From Archangium sp. (GTDB taxonomy: Bacteria; Myxococcota; Myxococcia; Myxococcales; Myxococcaceae), in assembly GCA_031367385.1 (NCBI GenBank), contig JANLPS010000060.1, positions 1 to 10,058 on the forward strand: DNA of 10,058 nucleotides, read 5' to 3'. The number at the start of each line of letters is the position of its first letter. Position 1 is the first letter of the stretch. This document shows positions 7,007 through 10,058 of the stretch, piece by piece. The translations under genes were made by a program, and so were the position numbers. The notes beneath the pieces were generated by a model. It saw only the letters and a list, made by a program, of their open reading frames with translations. It made no database searches and was not told where the DNA came from.

Positions 7007-7470
7007 CCGGCCTTCCACCCCTGGGGGGCCGGCGAACCCAGCCGCTCGAGCCCAGAGACCGTCTCGTAGATGCTCGCGTAGTTGGCTTCACCGGGGTTGT
7101 TGTAGGCCCGCGTCACCGCCTGCAAGACACTCTCGAGCTGTGGGTCGAGCCCGGCCCTTTTCTTCGGAGGGGCGCGCGCCATATCGAGCACCGAGTGCCA
7201 CTTTCCTTCGGGCGAGCGAAGAAAAGTCCACGGGCCATCCATTTCGTCGAGCGCGATGTCACCGACCTTGGTGCGATACACGACGGCAGAAAGTTTGCCG
7301 TTGTTGTCGAGCCTCAAGTCAGGGTCACGACTGGCCCCTTTGGGTCGATACGCCGCAGCATCGACCCAATGGCCAGCGGCGCTCGTGGCACCAATGTCAG
7401 GGGCGTCGTGGGTGTAGGAATGCGCGAAGAGGTACTCGAGCCCGACTCGGGGGTCTTTGTTCGCCGGCAT
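7003..7470 (-). CDS. Hypothetical protein (~155 aa; alternative start at 7545)
   Basis: Open frame with globular-protein composition that fills the gap between plus-strand genes. Its stop overlaps the photolyase fusion stop (CTAA, 7003-7006). No family recognised. Confidence 0.65.
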   Translation of the reverse strand: MPANKDPRVGLEYLFAHSYTHDAPDIGATSAAGHWVDAAAYRPKGASRDPDLRLDNNGKLSAVVYRTKVGDIALDEMDGPWTFLRSPEGKWHSVLDMARAPPKKRAGLDPQLESVLQAVTRAYNNPGEANYASIYETVSGLERLGSPAPQGWKAG

Positions 7471-7607
7471 TCGCAGCGAAGAATTGACGCCCTGATTCGC
7501 AACTTCGGTGTGTCGAAAGAGAGATCTCAGGGCGGTCAAGAACATCGGTCTCTCGTACCGCACAAACCCTGCGGGCCTCAACCCCCCCGGGGTGGTACTG
7601 AAGGGGC

Positions 7608-7847
7608 ATGACGACCGAAAAGACCCAGACCACCGACGAGCTGCTCAAGGTGGCCCACGCCGAGGCCGAGCGCCTCAAGATGCACTTCGCCCAGCGCTCG
7701 AAAGCTGAGAAGAAGCGAATGACCCAGCTCGAGACGTTGGTGCCCAAGCTTCGCAACCTGGTGAAGAACGGTACGCCGATGCCGGGTAAGGTGACCAAAG
7801 ACGAGCTGGCGTTGCTCCAGCTGCTCCAGACGCCTGAAATCAAATAG
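7608..7847 (+). CDS. Small hypothetical helical protein, 79 aa
   Basis: ATG preceded by GAAGGGG (7600-7606). GC3-rich codons; Lys/Glu/Leu-rich amphipathic pattern. Confidence 0.75.
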   Translation: MTTEKTQTTDELLKVAHAEAERLKMHFAQRSKAEKKRMTQLETLVPKLRNLVKNGTPMPGKVTKDELALLQLLQTPEIK

Positions 7848-7925
7848 TTCGACGCTGTGAATACGGCCCGCGCCGGCCCGTCACCCGCATCGCCGCACTC
7901 CTTTTGACCGCAAAGGCTGCCCCCT

Positions 7926-9539
7926 ATGTCTCGCTCGCTGCTGCTGGGTTGTTTGGTGTTGTCGACTGCCACGCTCGCTGCCGATTCGGCGACCCGCTCG
8001 TTCAAGAATGCCGCTGACGCCGTCGAAGACGCCTTCGACCGAACCAAGCGCACCAGCCCCACCTGCCGTGAGAACATCGGCCGGCAGCTCGATGCCCTGG
8101 TCGACCGCATCGACGCGCTCAAGCAGGGGGCCACCGACCAGTCGATCAACGGCCTCAAACAGGAGCTCTCCATGCTCGGCATGTCCGCTCCGATGGCCGG
8201 GTGCCCGGTCGACGTGAACGACGACATTCAAAAGGCGGTGGGCTTTCTCGAAGAAGGCCGTGCCGCGATGTGGGGCAACACCGGGCGCCGCGCCGATGAT
8301 CGCCGCAACCGCCGCCATGACGACGAGCCGGTGTTCACCCAGACCGAGAGCTTCGTGCAGATGGGGCCGCTGACGGTGCAACCGAACGCCCGGTTCGAAG
8401 GCGAGAACGCCGTGCGGGTGGTCGTGCCCGAGCTGAAGATCTTCAACATGCAGGGCAAGCCGTTCTCGGTGGGCGCGCGCTTTCGCTCGTACGAAGGCCA
8501 GTGGAGCGACTGGGTCACCACCCAGACCTGGGCCGTGCCCAACAACGCCTTCGTGTGGAAGAACGCGTTCAACCACTTCTTTCGCTACTCGAGCCTCGCC
8601 GAAGACGACTTCAGCCAGGGCCGGTTCATCGCGCACGTCTCGGTGTTCGACAGCGACGGGCGCGAGCTGGCCTTTCGCGAAGCGAGCTTCAAGGTGCGCT
8701 TGCCGCAGCTGCCAAGCCCGGTGGGCCCAGGGCCTCTGGGGGTGCCTCCGGTGGTGCAGGCGCGCGACTGTGGCCCCGGCGCAGACATCGGCTGCAACAT
8801 GACCCGCGACGGCCAATACCCGATGGACGCGCAGGTCTTCGCCGGCGTGCTGGAGTCGCTGCGCAGCTGGAGCACCGAGACGATGCGCGCACAGTCGGTG
8901 CAGGTCATCACCCAGCGGCAGTACCTGACGGCGGCGCAGCTGGGGGCCGTGCTCGACCTCTTTCGCACCGAAGAGCTTCGGCTGCAGGCGGCGCGGTTCG
9001 CGGCACCCCGGGTCGTCAACCCGCAGCACTCGCTGGGCCTGGCCGCGAAGTTTCGCACCGAGCAGTACGGGCAGGCGTTTCTGCAGCTGATGTCAGAGCA
9101 GCCGCCGGGAGGCATGCCCGGCACCCAGCCTCCGCCGGTGGTGCTCCCGAACGCACCCCCGCCGCCTCCAGTGCAGGGGCCGCCGCAAGCCTACCGAGAC
9201 TGCGGTACGGGCTCAGACCCGGGCTGCACGATGTGGCACAAGGGCCGGCAGGCGGCCGACGCGCCCACCTTCGCAGGCGTGCTGACCGTGCTTCGCAGCA
9301 ACGCCAATGAGCTGACCCGGGCCGAGGTCGCGAACACGATGATCGGCAGCCATTGGGTGACCGCCGCGCAGCTGGGCCTGGTGTTGGATTTGTTCAGCAA
9401 TGAGCTGGTGCGGCTCGATGTGGCGAAGCGGGCCGCCGAGCACGTGGTCAACCCGCAGCACGCGCTCGCGTTGGCGGCGAAGTTTCAGAACTCATTCAAC
9501 GCGCAGGAGCTCGTCGAAGTGATGTCGAGGCAACGCTAG
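7926..9539 (+). CDS. Secreted protein with two C-terminal DUF4476-like domains, 537 aa
   Basis: Sec-type signal (MSRSLLLGCLVLSTATLA-A), a helical N-domain and a beta-rich middle domain. These are followed by two repeats matching the DUF4476 pattern (F..vL..LRS...E..R......TAAQLG.VLDLF..E..RL..A......VVNPQH.L.LAAKF), separated by a Pro-rich linker. Confidence 0.8.
   Translation: MSRSLLLGCLVLSTATLAADSATRSFKNAADAVEDAFDRTKRTSPTCRENIGRQLDALVDRIDALKQGATDQSINGLKQELSMLGMSAPMAGCPVDVNDDIQKAVGFLEEGRAAMWGNTGRRADDRRNRRHDDEPVFTQTESFVQMGPLTVQPNARFEGENAVRVVVPELKIFNMQGKPFSVGARFRSYEGQWSDWVTTQTWAVPNNAFVWKNAFNHFFRYSSLAEDDFSQGRFIAHVSVFDSDGRELAFREASFKVRLPQLPSPVGPGPLGVPPVVQARDCGPGADIGCNMTRDGQYPMDAQVFAGVLESLRSWSTETMRAQSVQVITQRQYLTAAQLGAVLDLFRTEELRLQAARFAAPRVVNPQHSLGLAAKFRTEQYGQAFLQLMSEQPPGGMPGTQPPPVVLPNAPPPPPVQGPPQAYRDCGTGSDPGCTMWHKGRQAADAPTFAGVLTVLRSNANELTRAEVANTMIGSHWVTAAQLGLVLDLFSNELVRLDVAKRAAEHVVNPQHALALAAKFQNSFNAQELVEVMSRQR
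8763..9536 (+). repeat. Intragenic domain duplication (~113 aa units starting at 8763 and 9195; offset 432 nt)
   Basis: RDCGPGADIGCNM...TAAQLGAVLDLF...VVNPQHSLGLAAKF versus RDCGTGSDPGCTM...TAAQLGLVLDLF...VVNPQHALALAAKF. Similarity is also visible in the DNA (GTCAACCCGCAGCAC in both). Confidence 0.92.
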
Positions 9540-9573
9540 GGACTCGTTCGTGGTGAGGACTCGTTCGTGGTGA
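9540..9573. repeat. Perfect 17-bp tandem direct repeat (2 copies)
   Basis: GGACTCGTTCGTGGTGA at 9540-9556 and 9557-9573, followed by a partial GAGACTCG. Confidence 0.95.
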
Positions 9574-9655
9574 GAGACTCGAACTACCTTCGGCGGCGAG
9601 TGAACGTGGGTCCTTCGACTGCGGCCTTTGGCCTTCGCTCAGGATGAACGGGGGG
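9558..9655. repeat. REP-like/MITE-like palindromic extragenic element between convergent genes
   Basis: Left end CGTTCGTGGTGAG..TCGAA (9562-9583) and right end TTCGA..CTCAGGATGAACG (9614-9650) are imperfect inverted copies (10/13 for the terminal 13-mers). The layout resembles, from recall, the widespread 'CCGTTCRTSSTGAGC..GTCGAA / TTCGAC..GCTCAGGATGAACGG' repeats. Confidence 0.65.
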
Positions 9656-9663
9656 TTCGGTTT

Positions 9664-10058
9664 TCAGGTGCCGTTCATTCGCCGCCGCAGCGTGGCGACC
9701 GCGAAGAAGAAGACCTGCACCGCGCCAAAGTCGATCGCGTCGTTGTCTTCCAACCGAAGGCCCGACGAGACCTTCTTGCCGTTGACGAACGTGCCGTTCG
9801 AGCTGCCCACGTCGACGATCTCCGCGTGGTCATGCCGCCAGTCGATGCGCGCGTGGTGGCTCGACACCGTGTCTTCGTCGATCACCAGGTCGCAATCGGG
9901 CGCCCGGCCCAGCGAGAATGAATCGGAGTCGGCCAGCGGCGGCAATGTCGCCACCCACAGGTCTTCGAAGTCGAGCACCGAGCGCTTCGTGCGCGCCGGC
10001 ATCGGCTGCGTCGTCTTGAGCCCCTTGCCCGGCGCGCCCTTGACCGCCTCTTCAATCG
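9664..10058 (-). CDS. FHA-domain protein, 3' part (starts beyond the right edge)
   Basis: FHA motifs LGRAPDCDLVI, VSSHHA, DVGSSNGTFVNG and L.D.D.I.FG. The frame stays open upstream of ATG 10002 to the window edge (..IEEAVKGAPGKGLKTTQPMPAR..), so the true start is probably outside. Confidence 0.9.
   Translation of the reverse strand, partial: IEEAVKGAPGKGLKTTQPMPARTKRSVLDFEDLWVATLPPLADSDSFSLGRAPDCDLVIDEDTVSSHHARIDWRHDHAEIVDVGSSNGTFVNGKKVSSGLRLEDNDAIDFGAVQVFFFAVATLRRRMNGT

Noticed and set aside
7899..7916. Small hairpin CCTTTTG-ACCG-CAAAGG before the secreted-protein gene
   Set aside because: Short and bulged with no U-tract; too weak to call a terminator or riboregulator.
3435..9029. Long antisense or alternate-frame ORFs (3435-4484, 4745-6163, 5509-6285, 7397-8227, 7881-9029 and similar)
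   Set aside because: These are shadow ORFs expected in high-GC DNA, opposite well-supported genes, with Arg/Gly/Ala-rich sequence and no motifs.
9540..9584. CRISPR array
   Set aside because: Only two adjacent 17-bp copies with no spacers and no cas genes.

Overview
High-GC bacterial chromosomal window. The protein styles (FHA protein, DUF4476-like secreted protein, sigma-54 promoter) suggest Myxococcota; this is inference only. From left to right: (1) the 5' end of a probable bacterial type IB DNA topoisomerase, absent from the ORF track and coupled by an ATGA overlap to (2) a Gfo/Idh/MocA oxidoreductase that sits behind a consensus sigma-54 promoter; (3) a ~510-bp intergenic region with a long AT-rich inverted repeat; (4) a polytopic GT-C/GT87-like membrane protein; (5) a CHAP peptidoglycan hydrolase with no signal peptide and a Met-rich STI1-like tail, coupled by a GTGA overlap to (6) an 815-aa fusion of a class II CPD photolyase and a renalase-like FAD/NAD(P) oxidoreductase; (7) two divergent hypothetical genes; (8) a secreted protein with two Cys-motif + DUF4476-like repeats; (9) a REP-like palindromic element with a 17-bp tandem duplication; (10) the 3' part of an FHA-domain gene. 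The most notable item is the two-flavin photolyase-renalase fusion and its coupling to a cell-wall hydrolase. No rRNA, tRNA, CRISPR array or transposase was recognised. All family calls come from motif recognition by eye, not from database searches.
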